NCBI GenBank assembly: GCA_964595645.1
Contig: CAZQQT010000005.1
Location: 104,999 to 168,998, forward strand
DNA length: 64,000 nucleotides
From: an uncultured Thermococci archaeon
GTDB taxonomy: Archaea; Methanobacteriota_B; Thermococci; Methanofastidiosales; B48-G16
Direction: 5' to 3'
A program made the position numbers and the translations under genes. The stretch's first letter is position 1. Each line of letters opens with the position of its first letter. Below the pieces are notes generated by a model. That model was not told where the DNA came from and searched no databases. It saw only the letters and a program-made list of their open reading frames with translations. Shown piece after piece: positions 36,397 through 46,232 of the stretch.

Positions 36397-37746
36397 ATGA
36401 AAAAAACAGATGTTCTGGTAATAGGTGGAGGTCCCGCAGGCATTATTACAGCAGTAACTGCAAAGTCAAACTACCCCAAAAAAGATATTTTAGTCATTCG
36501 GAAGGAAGAGAAGGTACTTGTACCATGTGGTATTCCGTATATCTTCGGTACTCTCGAAAGTAGCGATAAAAATGTTATTTCAGATACAGTATTAGACAAT
36601 GCTGATGTAGATCTAAAAAGTGATGAGGTAGTTTCTGTAGACAAGGAGGATAAGATTGTAAAAACACAAGATGGTACAGAGATACGCTTTGAAAAGTTGA
36701 TTTTTGCCACAGGTTCCTCCCCATACTTTCCAAAGTGGTTGAAAGGTGCCGATTTGGAAAATGTTTTTACTATAAAGAAAAATAAGAGTTATTTGGAGAA
36801 GATCAAGAAAAAGCTCCAGAACTGTAAAAAAGTGGTGGTGGTTGGAGGAGGATTTATTGGCGTTGAAGTATCTGATGAATTAAATAAGATGGGTAAAGAG
36901 GTAACTATCGTTGAGATCCTTCCTCATGTCTTAGGGCTTGTATTTGATGACGGGTTTGCGAGTACAGCGGAAGAAACACTTCGATCTCGAGGAATATCAC
37001 TCAAGACCGGTGCGGGAATAAAAGAAATTTTGGGAGATAAGAAGGTAGAGTCTGTCTTGTTGGAAAATGGAGAAAAAATAGAATGTGATGTAGTGATTCT
37101 ATCAATGGGGTACCGTCCTAACTCTGCACTTGCAGAAGAAGCAGGGCTGAAAGTTGGAGAGAACAAGGGAATCTGGGTAGATGAGTATATGAGAACGGAT
37201 CATCTTGATATTTTTGCTGTGGGCGATTGTGCGGAGAAAAGATCCTTCATAACAAGAAAAGTAAGTAATGTAATGCTAGCCTCTACTGCTACTACTGAGG
37301 CACGCGTAGCAGGAATGAATCTCTACAATCTCGAAATCTTAAAAACGTTCAACGGGACTATTAGTATCTTTTCTACTGCGCTAGGAGATGCAGGGTTTGC
37401 TGCAGCTGGAATAACTGAATCTCAAGCAAAAGAAAAAGGATTTAAAACTGTTACAGGTACTTTTGAGACGGTTGATAAACATCCCGGATCGCTTCCAAAT
37501 ACTCACAAGCAAAAAGTCAAACTTATAGCTTCTAGTTCATCCGGCATAGTTCTTGGAGGGCAGATTGCAGGAGGCGAAAGCGTTGGAGAGCTCATAAATG
37601 TCATTGGTTTGGCGATTCAGAATAAGATGAGTGCAACATCACTTCTAACGTCTCAGATAGGAACACACCCACTGCTCACTGCGCCTCCAACAGCGTATCC
37701 AATTATAAAATGTGCAGAAATTATTTCTAAAAAATTGAGAAAATAA
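36397..37746 (+). CDS. CoA-disulfide reductase / NAD(P)H:sulfur oxidoreductase-like flavoprotein
   Basis: GGGPAG, single redox Cys VPCGIPY, ATGS, GGGFIGVE, FAVGDC, C-terminal dimerisation domain (GTHPLLT). Confidence 0.8.
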   Translation: MKKTDVLVIGGGPAGIITAVTAKSNYPKKDILVIRKEEKVLVPCGIPYIFGTLESSDKNVISDTVLDNADVDLKSDEVVSVDKEDKIVKTQDGTEIRFEKLIFATGSSPYFPKWLKGADLENVFTIKKNKSYLEKIKKKLQNCKKVVVVGGGFIGVEVSDELNKMGKEVTIVEILPHVLGLVFDDGFASTAEETLRSRGISLKTGAGIKEILGDKKVESVLLENGEKIECDVVILSMGYRPNSALAEEAGLKVGENKGIWVDEYMRTDHLDIFAVGDCAEKRSFITRKVSNVMLASTATTEARVAGMNLYNLEILKTFNGTISIFSTALGDAGFAAAGITESQAKEKGFKTVTGTFETVDKHPGSLPNTHKQKVKLIASSSSGIVLGGQIAGGESVGELINVIGLAIQNKMSATSLLTSQIGTHPLLTAPPTAYPIIKCAEIISKKLRK

Positions 37747-37783
37747 GTTTCTTTAAGTCGATCTGGAAGGAGGAGACAAAAAA

Positions 37784-39703
37784 ATGAAAGCTATACCAAA
37801 AAAAGAACTTTTTGCATTTGTTGATGCATTAATAGAAACTGAGTCAATGAACGTTGAGGGTCCAAAGGCGAAAGGCGAAAAATTTGTCTTCGGACCGCTC
37901 GAATCAAGCAACGAACTTCGACTTGATTATGATGTGACTATTCTGCCGCCCAAAAAGTATTTTTTACCACAATATGAAGATATACTGAGCTACGATCTCT
38001 CGCAGCCATTTTCTGTTGAAAAAAAAGAAAAACGCACACCCACAGTAATTGTGGGGATGCATCCCTACGATATCGTGGCAATACAGCAGATGGATACGTA
38101 CTATTTCGATACCTTTGTGGACGATGCGTATCTTCAAAAGCGGAAAAATGCAATAATTATAGGATTAAACGTGACGAATGTTGCAGAAAAAGCATTTTTT
38201 GGAGATATGGGTACAGGGTCTGTCGATTCTGGATACGATCTGATGCTTACAGATTTAGGAGATACAATAGCTATTGAAGTAGGTACAGAGGAGGGAGAAA
38301 GCCTTTTGGACGAGTACGCATCTTCTGTACGTGAGGCAACACCTGAAGAAGTTCAGAAGGTGAAAAAACTCATAGAAAAAGCAAACAAAGAAGCAACGCG
38401 CGATCTTGCCGTGGAACCATCAGGGTGGCACGATCTCTTAGAAAAAAATTATGATAGTGAGGTATGGAAGGAACAATCAGAGAAATGTCTCAGCTGTGGA
38501 ACGTGCACGCTCGTATGCCCCACCTGTTTCTGTTACGATGTGAATGATGAAGTGAACCTCGATCTTACCACAGGGAAAAGGATACGAACATGGGATGGAT
38601 GTCTACTCAGAAACTTCACCAAAGTAGGCTCCGGTGAGGTCTTCCGAGAGGATGTGGAAGACAGATACAGGCACCGATACTACAGGAAGGGGAAATACCT
38701 TCCAGAGATGCTAGAGTTCGTTGCATGTGTTGGGTGTGGCCGTTGTTCCACACAGTGTATCCCTGATATCGCCGATCCCGTGGATGTAATAAATAAGATA
38801 GTTGAAGGATCCTCTCGTCTTGTTGAAGAGTCTGAAATCACCCCTCACACAACGATGAAGGCTCCGGGTACCGTTACAGCAGAAGAGCCCCTTTACAAAC
38901 CCCAACCTGCCACTGTTACACGAGTTGAAGAACTCACAGAGCTTGAAACACTGTTTGAGATCGAACTTGACAGCGGCGATCCATTGGGGCACGAACCAGG
39001 CCAGTTTGTCGAAGTTTCAGTAATGGGCTACGGAGAGGCGCCTATCTCTGTGTCCTCTGCACCTGACGGCAACAGCTTTGAACTTGTGGTAAGGAGGGTG
39101 GGAGATGTCACTACAAAACTCCACACCATGAAATCCGGTGATAAAATTGGGATTCGAGGTCCCTTCGGAAATGGATTCGATGTGAATGCCTTGGAAGGTG
39201 AAAATATTCTCTTCATCGGAGGAGGTATTGGTATCGTCCCCATGCGGTCACTCATTAACTACGTACTGGACAATCGGGAAGATTTTAAAGATGTTACCAT
39301 TCTCTACGGCTGTAAAAAACCGTGCGAACTTCTCTTTGAAGATGAAGTATCTACGTGGGGAGCTCGTGAGGATGTACAGTTCCTCAAATCTGTGGACAGA
39401 TGTCCAGAAGGAGAGGAATGGGACGGTGAGATCGGTGTGATCACATGCCTTATCCCCAAAGCAAAGTTCGATCCGGAGAATACCGTTGCCATCGTAGTAG
39501 GACCACCAATCATGTATAAGTTCGTTATCGGTGACCTGCTCGATCTGGGCATGCCCGAGGAAAACATCGTTGTGTCCCTGGAGCGGAGAATGAAATGCGG
39601 TGTAGGGAAATGTGGACACTGTCAGATCAATGGACTGTATGTCTGCAAAGATGGACCGGTATTCAATTATAAAGATATAAAGGATCTTCCGGAGGCGATC
39701 TAA
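37784..39703 (+). CDS. Fused sulfhydrogenase beta (AsrA-like) and gamma (AsrB-like FAD/NAD(P)) subunits
   Basis: Beta part: LPPKKYF, CLSCGTCTLVCPTCFC, WDGC, CVGCGRCSTQC. Gamma part: PGQF, GEAPIS, RGPFGNGF, GGIGIVP, LERRMKCGVGKCGHC..VCKDGPVF. One open frame. Confidence 0.9.
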   Translation: MKAIPKKELFAFVDALIETESMNVEGPKAKGEKFVFGPLESSNELRLDYDVTILPPKKYFLPQYEDILSYDLSQPFSVEKKEKRTPTVIVGMHPYDIVAIQQMDTYYFDTFVDDAYLQKRKNAIIIGLNVTNVAEKAFFGDMGTGSVDSGYDLMLTDLGDTIAIEVGTEEGESLLDEYASSVREATPEEVQKVKKLIEKANKEATRDLAVEPSGWHDLLEKNYDSEVWKEQSEKCLSCGTCTLVCPTCFCYDVNDEVNLDLTTGKRIRTWDGCLLRNFTKVGSGEVFREDVEDRYRHRYYRKGKYLPEMLEFVACVGCGRCSTQCIPDIADPVDVINKIVEGSSRLVEESEITPHTTMKAPGTVTAEEPLYKPQPATVTRVEELTELETLFEIELDSGDPLGHEPGQFVEVSVMGYGEAPISVSSAPDGNSFELVVRRVGDVTTKLHTMKSGDKIGIRGPFGNGFDVNALEGENILFIGGGIGIVPMRSLINYVLDNREDFKDVTILYGCKKPCELLFEDEVSTWGAREDVQFLKSVDRCPEGEEWDGEIGVITCLIPKAKFDPENTVAIVVGPPIMYKFVIGDLLDLGMPEENIVVSLERRMKCGVGKCGHCQINGLYVCKDGPVFNYKDIKDLPEAI

Positions 39704-40479
39704 TGAAACCAAGAGTAGCATTCTTTGATTTCGCCAGCTGTGAGGGATGTCAGCTGCAGATAGCGAACCTCGAAGAAGCAGTGATTGATGTGACGAAGAT
39801 AGTGGATATTGTCTCCTTCCGTGAGGTAATGAAGGAGCACAGCGACGATTACGATATCGCCGTAGTGGAAGGATCGGTAATGAGGCCTATGGACGAGGAA
39901 CGGTTGAAAAACATCAGAGAAAATGCAGATATTCTCGTAGCGCTCGGGGCGTGTGCGTGCATAGGATGTGTACAGCGTATGCTCAATCAGTGGCCAATGA
40001 AGGAGAATAAGGAGGTTGTGTACGGTGAGGCTGATCCTTCTGACATTGAAGATAATCCCTACTTCGAAAATTTCCCCACAAAGGCACTGGATGAGATAGT
40101 GGAGGTGGATGCGTATATTCCCGGATGCCCCATCGATAGAGATGAATTCGCAAAAACACTCGTGGCCTTGGTTCAGGGTAAAAAACCACCCATCCCCGAC
40201 TATCCACTCTGTGTCGAGTGTAAGAAAAAAGAAAATGTGTGCGTATTTGAGCTAGGAATGGTATGTTTAGGACCTATCACACGGGCAGGATGCGGTGCTA
40301 TCTGTCCTTCCTATGGGAACGAATGCGAGGCGTGCAGGGGGCTAATAAGTCACCCCGAGGAACGGGCGCATAAAGAGGTGCTGGAGAAATACGACCTTAC
40401 AGTAGAAGAAATCTTGCAGAGAAAATCAATGTTTACCTACCGGCATGTAGAAGAAAAGGAGGCTGAAGACGATGAGTGA
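39703..40479 (+). CDS. hydD: Group 3b [NiFe]-hydrogenase small (delta) subunit
   Basis: ASCEGCQ, VEGS, LGACA, IPGCP, CVECK..C..CLGPITRAGCGAICP..CEACRG. Confidence 0.92.
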   Translation: MKPRVAFFDFASCEGCQLQIANLEEAVIDVTKIVDIVSFREVMKEHSDDYDIAVVEGSVMRPMDEERLKNIRENADILVALGACACIGCVQRMLNQWPMKENKEVVYGEADPSDIEDNPYFENFPTKALDEIVEVDAYIPGCPIDRDEFAKTLVALVQGKKPPIPDYPLCVECKKKENVCVFELGMVCLGPITRAGCGAICPSYGNECEACRGLISHPEERAHKEVLEKYDLTVEEILQRKSMFTYRHVEEKEAEDDE

Positions 40480-41770
40480 GATCAACATCGATGTGGAACA
40501 TTTAACGCGAGTAGAAGGCCATGGTAATGTAGTATTCAACGCAAAAAATGGCGAGATAGAGAAGGTGCAGTGGCAGGTGTCCGAGGCGCCGAGAATGTTT
40601 GAATCTTTTGTTCGGGGGAGACCATACCATCAGATGTCACATGTGACCTCCCGAATCTGTGGTATCTGTTCTATTGGACATGCGCTCTGCTCACTAAAAG
40701 CTACGGAGAACGCAATGGACATCGATGTCACGGAACAAACCGTGAAGCTGAGGAAGATCGCGCTTCATGCAGAGAACATGCAGAGCCATATCCTCCATGT
40801 AGGGTATCTTGTGGCACCGGATCTCTTTGGTGCAGGGAGCGTCTTCCCTATGATCGAGACACACAAAGATGCAGTGCTCAAGATTATTAAAATGCACAGA
40901 CTCGCCAACGAGATGTCGGCGCTGATGTGTGGACGAACGACACACCCCATTACATTAATACCGGGAGGATTCACCCAGATCCCGTCCGAACGACAGCTCA
41001 AAAATCTCAGAAAGCGGTTGGAGGATATTATTCCTGTATGCGACGATGTTGCGCAGATAGTACTCGACAACGCTGATGCACTCCCCGCTTTCAGTAGAGA
41101 AACGGAGTATGTCGGGCTCACGACAGCGGAGGAGTACGCACTGTACGATGGAGATATCGGGTCGACAGATACGGGGATACATCCTGTTGAGGAGTACAAA
41201 TCTGTGACGAACGAGTTTGTGGTGCCCTACTCTACCGCCAAGTTCACGAAGCATGCACGAGATTCGTATATGGTTGGTGCGCTGGCACGATTCAACCTGA
41301 ACTCGGATCAACTGCGTCCATTAGCAAAGGAATGCGCTGAGAAGTTTGGATTAAAGGCAATAAACTACAACCCCTTCATGAACAACATTGCACAGCTGGT
41401 GGAGTACTACCATTCCGTAGAGGATTCAATCGCATTTATCGATGAGGTCCTCGAGAAGGGCCTGAAGAAAAACGACAATACCGAGTACGATGTGAAGGCA
41501 GGGCGAGGCATTGGTGCTGTAGAGGTTCCACGAGGAATTCTCTTTCACGACTACACGTACAATAGTAATGGTATTTGTACAGAGGCAAATCTCGTGATAC
41601 CCACGAACCAAAACCACAATAACATCAACAAAGACATGGAAGCATTCGCACCGACGCTTCTGAACAAACCGGAGAAAGAGATCGAACTGAACCTCGAGAT
41701 GCTCGTGCGTGCGTACGATCCTTGTATCTCATGTTCGACACACTATCTGAATGTCGAGTTCAAAAAATAA
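40472..41770 (+). CDS. hydA: Group 3b [NiFe]-hydrogenase large (alpha) subunit
   Basis: LTRVEGHG, L1 SRICGICS, EVPRGILFH, L2 RAYDPCISCSTH plus a cleavable tail. Confidence 0.94.
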   Translation: MSEINIDVEHLTRVEGHGNVVFNAKNGEIEKVQWQVSEAPRMFESFVRGRPYHQMSHVTSRICGICSIGHALCSLKATENAMDIDVTEQTVKLRKIALHAENMQSHILHVGYLVAPDLFGAGSVFPMIETHKDAVLKIIKMHRLANEMSALMCGRTTHPITLIPGGFTQIPSERQLKNLRKRLEDIIPVCDDVAQIVLDNADALPAFSRETEYVGLTTAEEYALYDGDIGSTDTGIHPVEEYKSVTNEFVVPYSTAKFTKHARDSYMVGALARFNLNSDQLRPLAKECAEKFGLKAINYNPFMNNIAQLVEYYHSVEDSIAFIDEVLEKGLKKNDNTEYDVKAGRGIGAVEVPRGILFHDYTYNSNGICTEANLVIPTNQNHNNINKDMEAFAPTLLNKPEKEIELNLEMLVRAYDPCISCSTHYLNVEFKK

Positions 41771-41800
41771 CCTTTTCTTTTTTTAATTTTCATTGAATCA

Positions 41801-42292
41801 ATGAGCGAATCCCAATCTGGTCAGCGAAAGAGAAAAGATATCGGGGTAATTGCTGTGGGCAATGAGCTGATGGGGGACGATGGTATTGGTCCGGCGGTGT
41901 TAGACGCTCTCAAAAGGGAACAGCTACCGCGCAGCGTTGACTTGGTTCACGGTGGAACGGGTGGTGTTTCACTACTCCACACTATAAAGGATTACTCCAC
42001 AGTAATTTTCATCGATTCCGCTGATTTTGGTGGTGATCCTGGAGAAATAAAAGTTTTTACTCCTTCAGATGTTGCATCGACGAAGGAGGTAACAGGGCTC
42101 TCACTGCACGAAACAGACCTTATAAAGGTTATTCGCCTCTCACAGGAACTCGGAGAAGCCCCCGAAACTATCGTGATCGTAGCAGTCCAGCCTAAACAGA
42201 TAACAATGAAGGATTCACTTTCACCGGAAGTCGCTAGTGCAGTGCCTCACGCGGTAAAAAAAGTACTGTCACAAATAGAGCAAGTGGGATAA
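41801..42292 (+). CDS. Hydrogenase maturation endopeptidase (HycI/HybD family)
   Basis: VGNELMGDDGIG, VIFIDSA, PGEI, SLHE, LSPEV. Confidence 0.9.
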   Translation: MSESQSGQRKRKDIGVIAVGNELMGDDGIGPAVLDALKREQLPRSVDLVHGGTGGVSLLHTIKDYSTVIFIDSADFGGDPGEIKVFTPSDVASTKEVTGLSLHETDLIKVIRLSQELGEAPETIVIVAVQPKQITMKDSLSPEVASAVPHAVKKVLSQIEQVG

Positions 42293-42299
42293 CGGGATA

Positions 42300-42980
42300 T
42301 TATTTTTTCGTGATAAGTATTCTCAATCTGTGGGCAGCCGCCTCTGTCTTGTCGGAAATATCAGAGCTTATATCAATAATTTTTGTTGTGTAGTAAAGAG
42401 ACACCGGCGAGATGTCCTTGAATTTAAAGAAAGAGTTTCGGAGGGAGAACTGGATCCTGTCAATCTTCCCTTCCAACTTTTCTACCGTCTGGATATGGTT
42501 CATCACATCAGTTATCTCTTTTTTCATGAAGACTGTGTCGATCACATCCTGAAACTCTCTCACAGCGTTTGCGTATGCTTTTACAATCTTTACGTTCGTT
42601 TTCATGATTTTTTCCATATGTTCTACCATTTCTGAGGGTATACTCTCCTTTTCTTCAATAAGAAGCCACTGTGCCAGATTTTCCGCCTGATCCGCTACTT
42701 TGTCTTGGTGATTTATTAGATCGAGGATGTCCTCTCTGTTTACTGGCATGAATATTCCAGAAGGCAGATTTTCTCTCACTTCTGCCTTTACAGTATCTGC
42801 TTCTGTTTCGAGCTCTATAACCTCCTTACACAACTCTTCCATTTTGGGATATTCCTTTTTAAAAAAGAGGATAAACGCTTCATTGAGTTTTTTAACAGCT
42901 ACCTTCGTTGTCTCTGCATGGGTCACTATTGGTTCGAATGGGGCCTTTACAAACAGTTTCGTTAGAGGATTTGTTGTCAT
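42300..42980 (-). CDS. DUF47/TIGR00153 PhoU-like phosphate transport accessory protein
   Basis: LETEADTVK..LPSGIFMPVNREDILDLINHQDKVAD; ISDKTE; directly downstream of pit. Confidence 0.88.
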   Translation of the reverse strand: MTTNPLTKLFVKAPFEPIVTHAETTKVAVKKLNEAFILFFKKEYPKMEELCKEVIELETEADTVKAEVRENLPSGIFMPVNREDILDLINHQDKVADQAENLAQWLLIEEKESIPSEMVEHMEKIMKTNVKIVKAYANAVREFQDVIDTVFMKKEITDVMNHIQTVEKLEGKIDRIQFSLRNSFFKFKDISPVSLYYTTKIIDISSDISDKTEAAAHRLRILITKK

Positions 42981-42988
42981 CGTATCTC

Positions 42989-44203
42989 CTATCCTATATT
43001 TATGAGTACCTTATATATAAAAATTGTCGTTAGTGCGGTTGTGGGGATTGTTACCGCCCATGAGACCACTATCTTTTTAATGATACCCAGATCGATAGCT
43101 TTTAGTCCACGCGCGATACCAACACCTACAACACTTCCGACCACAGCGTGGGATGTTGAGATAGGTAGTCCGATCTTGGACGCGAGCAGGACGGTGGTGG
43201 CAGCCGAGAAATCGATAGTGAATCCTCTGGTGTTTGTCAGTTCCGTGATTTTCTCTCCCACAGTTCCGATTACCTTGTAACCCCATGTCGAGATACCAAG
43301 CATGATGCCAAAGCCTCCAACGCCTAATAGGAAGATCGGCACCTCGACCTGAGAGCAAATTTCCTCTGTTTTTGAGATAGTATAGACGGTGGCTACAGGA
43401 CCTATTGCGTTGGCAACATCATTCGCACCCTGAGAAAATGCGACATAACATGAGGTAAATACCTGTACCCATCGAAATATGGGTTCCACGCTTTCGATTT
43501 TCGATGACGCTCTATAAAATTTTTTTATGAGAAAGTAACTTCCAATTAGCGCAAAAAATCCTATAGCTCCCGCGTAAATAAACGCTCCCGACTCAGAAAC
43601 TTTTAAGATGTCTCCCAAACGGGTCTTGAACAGGAAGGAGAGAGCAATAATAAAGAAAGCGAGCCCAATAAAGGGAGGAGCAACGACTTTTCCTCGTTCG
43701 ATTGGATCTTGTGAACTGAGTATAGAGTGGTACAGTATTTTAAATACGATAAACGCGAGCAAACATCCAAATATAGGTGAGATTATCCATGCTGCCGTTA
43801 CTTCTCCAACCTTCGTCCAACTAATTGTTCCTCCGGCCACGAGGCCAAATCCGAGAAGACCACCGACAATGGAGTGGGTAGTGGACACAGGAAGTTCCTT
43901 CCATGTAGACAGAGTAATCCATAGACTCGCTGCGAGGAGCGCTGAGAACGCACCATAAACCACGAGTGTGGGATCGGGGATACTTGTTGGATCTACAATT
44001 CCCTTTCGTATTGTCTCTGTGACGTGTCCTCCCACCAATACAGCTCCCAGAAAGTTCAGTATCCCCGCAATGAATATTGCCTGTTTCAGTGTTATCGCCT
44101 TCGCTCCAACGGCGGAAGCCATGGAGTTTGCCACGTCGTTGGCCCCAATATTCCATGCCATATAGAGACCTACGGCGATTGCGAGGATAACCCAAATGAG
44201 CAT
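42989..44203 (-). CDS. pit: PiT-family inorganic phosphate transporter
   Basis: Two GANDVAN motifs, PVSTTH and PISTSH; ATG 44203. Confidence 0.93.
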   Translation of the reverse strand: MLIWVILAIAVGLYMAWNIGANDVANSMASAVGAKAITLKQAIFIAGILNFLGAVLVGGHVTETIRKGIVDPTSIPDPTLVVYGAFSALLAASLWITLSTWKELPVSTTHSIVGGLLGFGLVAGGTISWTKVGEVTAAWIISPIFGCLLAFIVFKILYHSILSSQDPIERGKVVAPPFIGLAFFIIALSFLFKTRLGDILKVSESGAFIYAGAIGFFALIGSYFLIKKFYRASSKIESVEPIFRWVQVFTSCYVAFSQGANDVANAIGPVATVYTISKTEEICSQVEVPIFLLGVGGFGIMLGISTWGYKVIGTVGEKITELTNTRGFTIDFSAATTVLLASKIGLPISTSHAVVGSVVGVGIARGLKAIDLGIIKKIVVSWAVTIPTTALTTIFIYKVLINIG

Positions 44204-44271
44204 AAAATGTATCAATAGTACAATATAAAAAATCTTGGTCCGAAAGGATCTTTCACATGTGATGGAGCATC

Positions 44272-44832
44272 TCACTCATACTTGTAGCCACCAGGCTGCT
44301 CTTCCAGCTCAACACCGAGGGCTAGTACGATTCTGTTCACGAAGTTGAAGTAGCTTACTACAAGCGTGGCATCCAGTACTGCCCTATCTAATAATCCCAC
44401 TTTCTTTAATGCGTTAACAAGGTTCTTTTTATCTACTGATTTTGGATTTTTTGTGAGGTGCCACGCGTACTCACAGAGTGTACGGTCAATGTCATTAAGC
44501 TCTATTTTCCTATAATCTTCTTTCAGCTGCTCCACTTTCTTTTTGTCCTTCCAGAAGTGCTGTACTGCTTCCGCGTGGTGAGTGATACAATACTCACACC
44601 CATTTGCTTTTGACACAACAACAGCCATCATCTCTCGTTGCGCTCGTGTAAGTGGAGATTTCCCGAACATCACAGTCATGTAAAGATTCATATGATTTTT
44701 GATTGAAGGAGGATTGAGACTCTGTATTTTATGTATTTCTGCGATCTTTCCTCTTTTTTTGCGAAGATCATCATATATTTCTCTAAGCTCCCCTTCTGCA
44801 TTTTCCGGTTCTATTGTTTTTATTTTCGTCAT
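44272..44832 (-). CDS. AhpD/CMD-family peroxidase-related protein
   Basis: REMMAVVVSKANGCEYCITHH, YFNFVNRI. Confidence 0.88.
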   Translation of the reverse strand: MTKIKTIEPENAEGELREIYDDLRKKRGKIAEIHKIQSLNPPSIKNHMNLYMTVMFGKSPLTRAQREMMAVVVSKANGCEYCITHHAEAVQHFWKDKKKVEQLKEDYRKIELNDIDRTLCEYAWHLTKNPKSVDKKNLVNALKKVGLLDRAVLDATLVVSYFNFVNRIVLALGVELEEQPGGYKYE

Positions 44833-44939
44833 GAGATCATCCCTTTTCTCCATAAAGAATCTTATCCTTTTAACTGTTTGTCAGACAGAACACACCGTAC
44901 AATACCAAGATTTTTATACGCTCACTCTATCCAAAGAAC

Positions 44940-46232
44940 ATGAAAAAGTTGGCGCTGATACTTATAGTCGTCATGATGTTTCCCAGTGTTTTCACTCAGG
45001 AAACTGTAATAACGGTTGATTATTACTACGTAGATGGTTGTCCTTACTGTGAAGAGGTGGAAAATATCATTGATGATATAGGAGACGAGTATTCCACCGT
45101 GAAAGTTGTGAGAATGAACGTATACGAATCTACGGTGTATATGGAAGAGTTTACAAGTTACGGATTCTGGAAGGTACCGGCTGTTGTGATTAATGGGAAG
45201 GCTACATTTCAGGGAGAGGAAGAAGTCACAGAAGAAAATATTCGAGAGACAATTGAGGAGTATCAGCACTCATACACTCAAGGAAACTCTTTTTTTGAGC
45301 AAGGAAAAGAATATTATACTAATAAAGAGTATAAGAAGGCCCAGATATATTTAGGAGAGGCTAAAAAGCTCTTTGACAAAGGAAATTTTAATACAAATGC
45401 AACGGTAGCAATGCTCGAAGACTGTAATAGTTGTATAGGAGCTGATAGACTTATTTTTGCAGGAGATACATTTCTTGAAAATGGATATACTGGGAGAGCG
45501 AAGGAAATGTACTCCCAGGTAGCATGTGAAAGTCTTGATGAGATAGCAGCAACACGGATCGAACATATTGCTGTGTACGAAGAGACTCTTCAAAAGTTTG
45601 ATACAGCAGTTGAATACTACGAGGAAGAAAAGTACTCTCAAGCGCTCACAGTATTTAATTCTATCGAAAGTATCTTGGTGGGAGAAAAAAAGGAAAAATG
45701 TAAGGACTACATAGAAAAATGCGGTAAATATGAAGAGGTAGGGGGTCTCTATAGTGAAGCAGTAGCTATGATTTTTACCGATCCCATTGTTGCACAAAAA
45801 AAATTCTTAGAAGCAGGAAAAATCCACGCGTTGTTGGGAAATCACGTAGAGAAATACAGAACGTTTGCCGACGCGTCCCTCCATTTTTACCTCGGAAAGG
45901 AATTTATAGAAGTAGATGCAGAGTCTGCGTCTTACCATTTTGAAGAGGCAAAAAAAGACTTCGCATCGCTACATTTTCAGAGAGGTGTAGAAAAGTGTGA
46001 GGAGTATATAGAAAAATCTAGAACTAATAACATGCTCTACTGGATTTCCTTTATCTTAGTTCTGATTTTTGCATTCGTTCTTGCGTATTTCTTTTATTTT
46101 AGAAAAAAAAAGAAAGAAGAGAAGAATAAAAAGGATAATAAGGGCGAATTGAAAGATCTGATAGAAAAATATGCAAATGGAAAAATGTCATTAAAAGAGT
46201 ATGATAAGAAAAAGAAGAGAGTGATTAAATGA
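44940..46232 (+). CDS. Secreted thioredoxin-domain (CPYC) protein with TPR-like helices and C-terminal TM anchor
   Basis: Signal peptide MKKLALILIVVMM; YYVDGCPYC..KVPAVVING; helical repeats; TM YWISFILVLIFAFVLAYFFYF; SHOCT-like tail. Confidence 0.7.
   Translation: MKKLALILIVVMMFPSVFTQETVITVDYYYVDGCPYCEEVENIIDDIGDEYSTVKVVRMNVYESTVYMEEFTSYGFWKVPAVVINGKATFQGEEEVTEENIRETIEEYQHSYTQGNSFFEQGKEYYTNKEYKKAQIYLGEAKKLFDKGNFNTNATVAMLEDCNSCIGADRLIFAGDTFLENGYTGRAKEMYSQVACESLDEIAATRIEHIAVYEETLQKFDTAVEYYEEEKYSQALTVFNSIESILVGEKKEKCKDYIEKCGKYEEVGGLYSEAVAMIFTDPIVAQKKFLEAGKIHALLGNHVEKYRTFADASLHFYLGKEFIEVDAESASYHFEEAKKDFASLHFQRGVEKCEEYIEKSRTNNMLYWISFILVLIFAFVLAYFFYFRKKKKEEKNKKDNKGELKDLIEKYANGKMSLKEYDKKKKRVIK

Noticed and set aside
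26880-37783. SurR boxes (GTT-N3-AAC) upstream of the nfn and hydrogenase units
   Set aside because: No exact match seen in the intergenic regions inspected
21237-41770. Selenocysteine or pyrrolysine recoding
   Set aside because: The hydrogenase L2 motif uses Cys (DPCISC), no in-frame TGA was seen at catalytic positions, and the lone in-frame TAG lies in a gene that is also frameshifted
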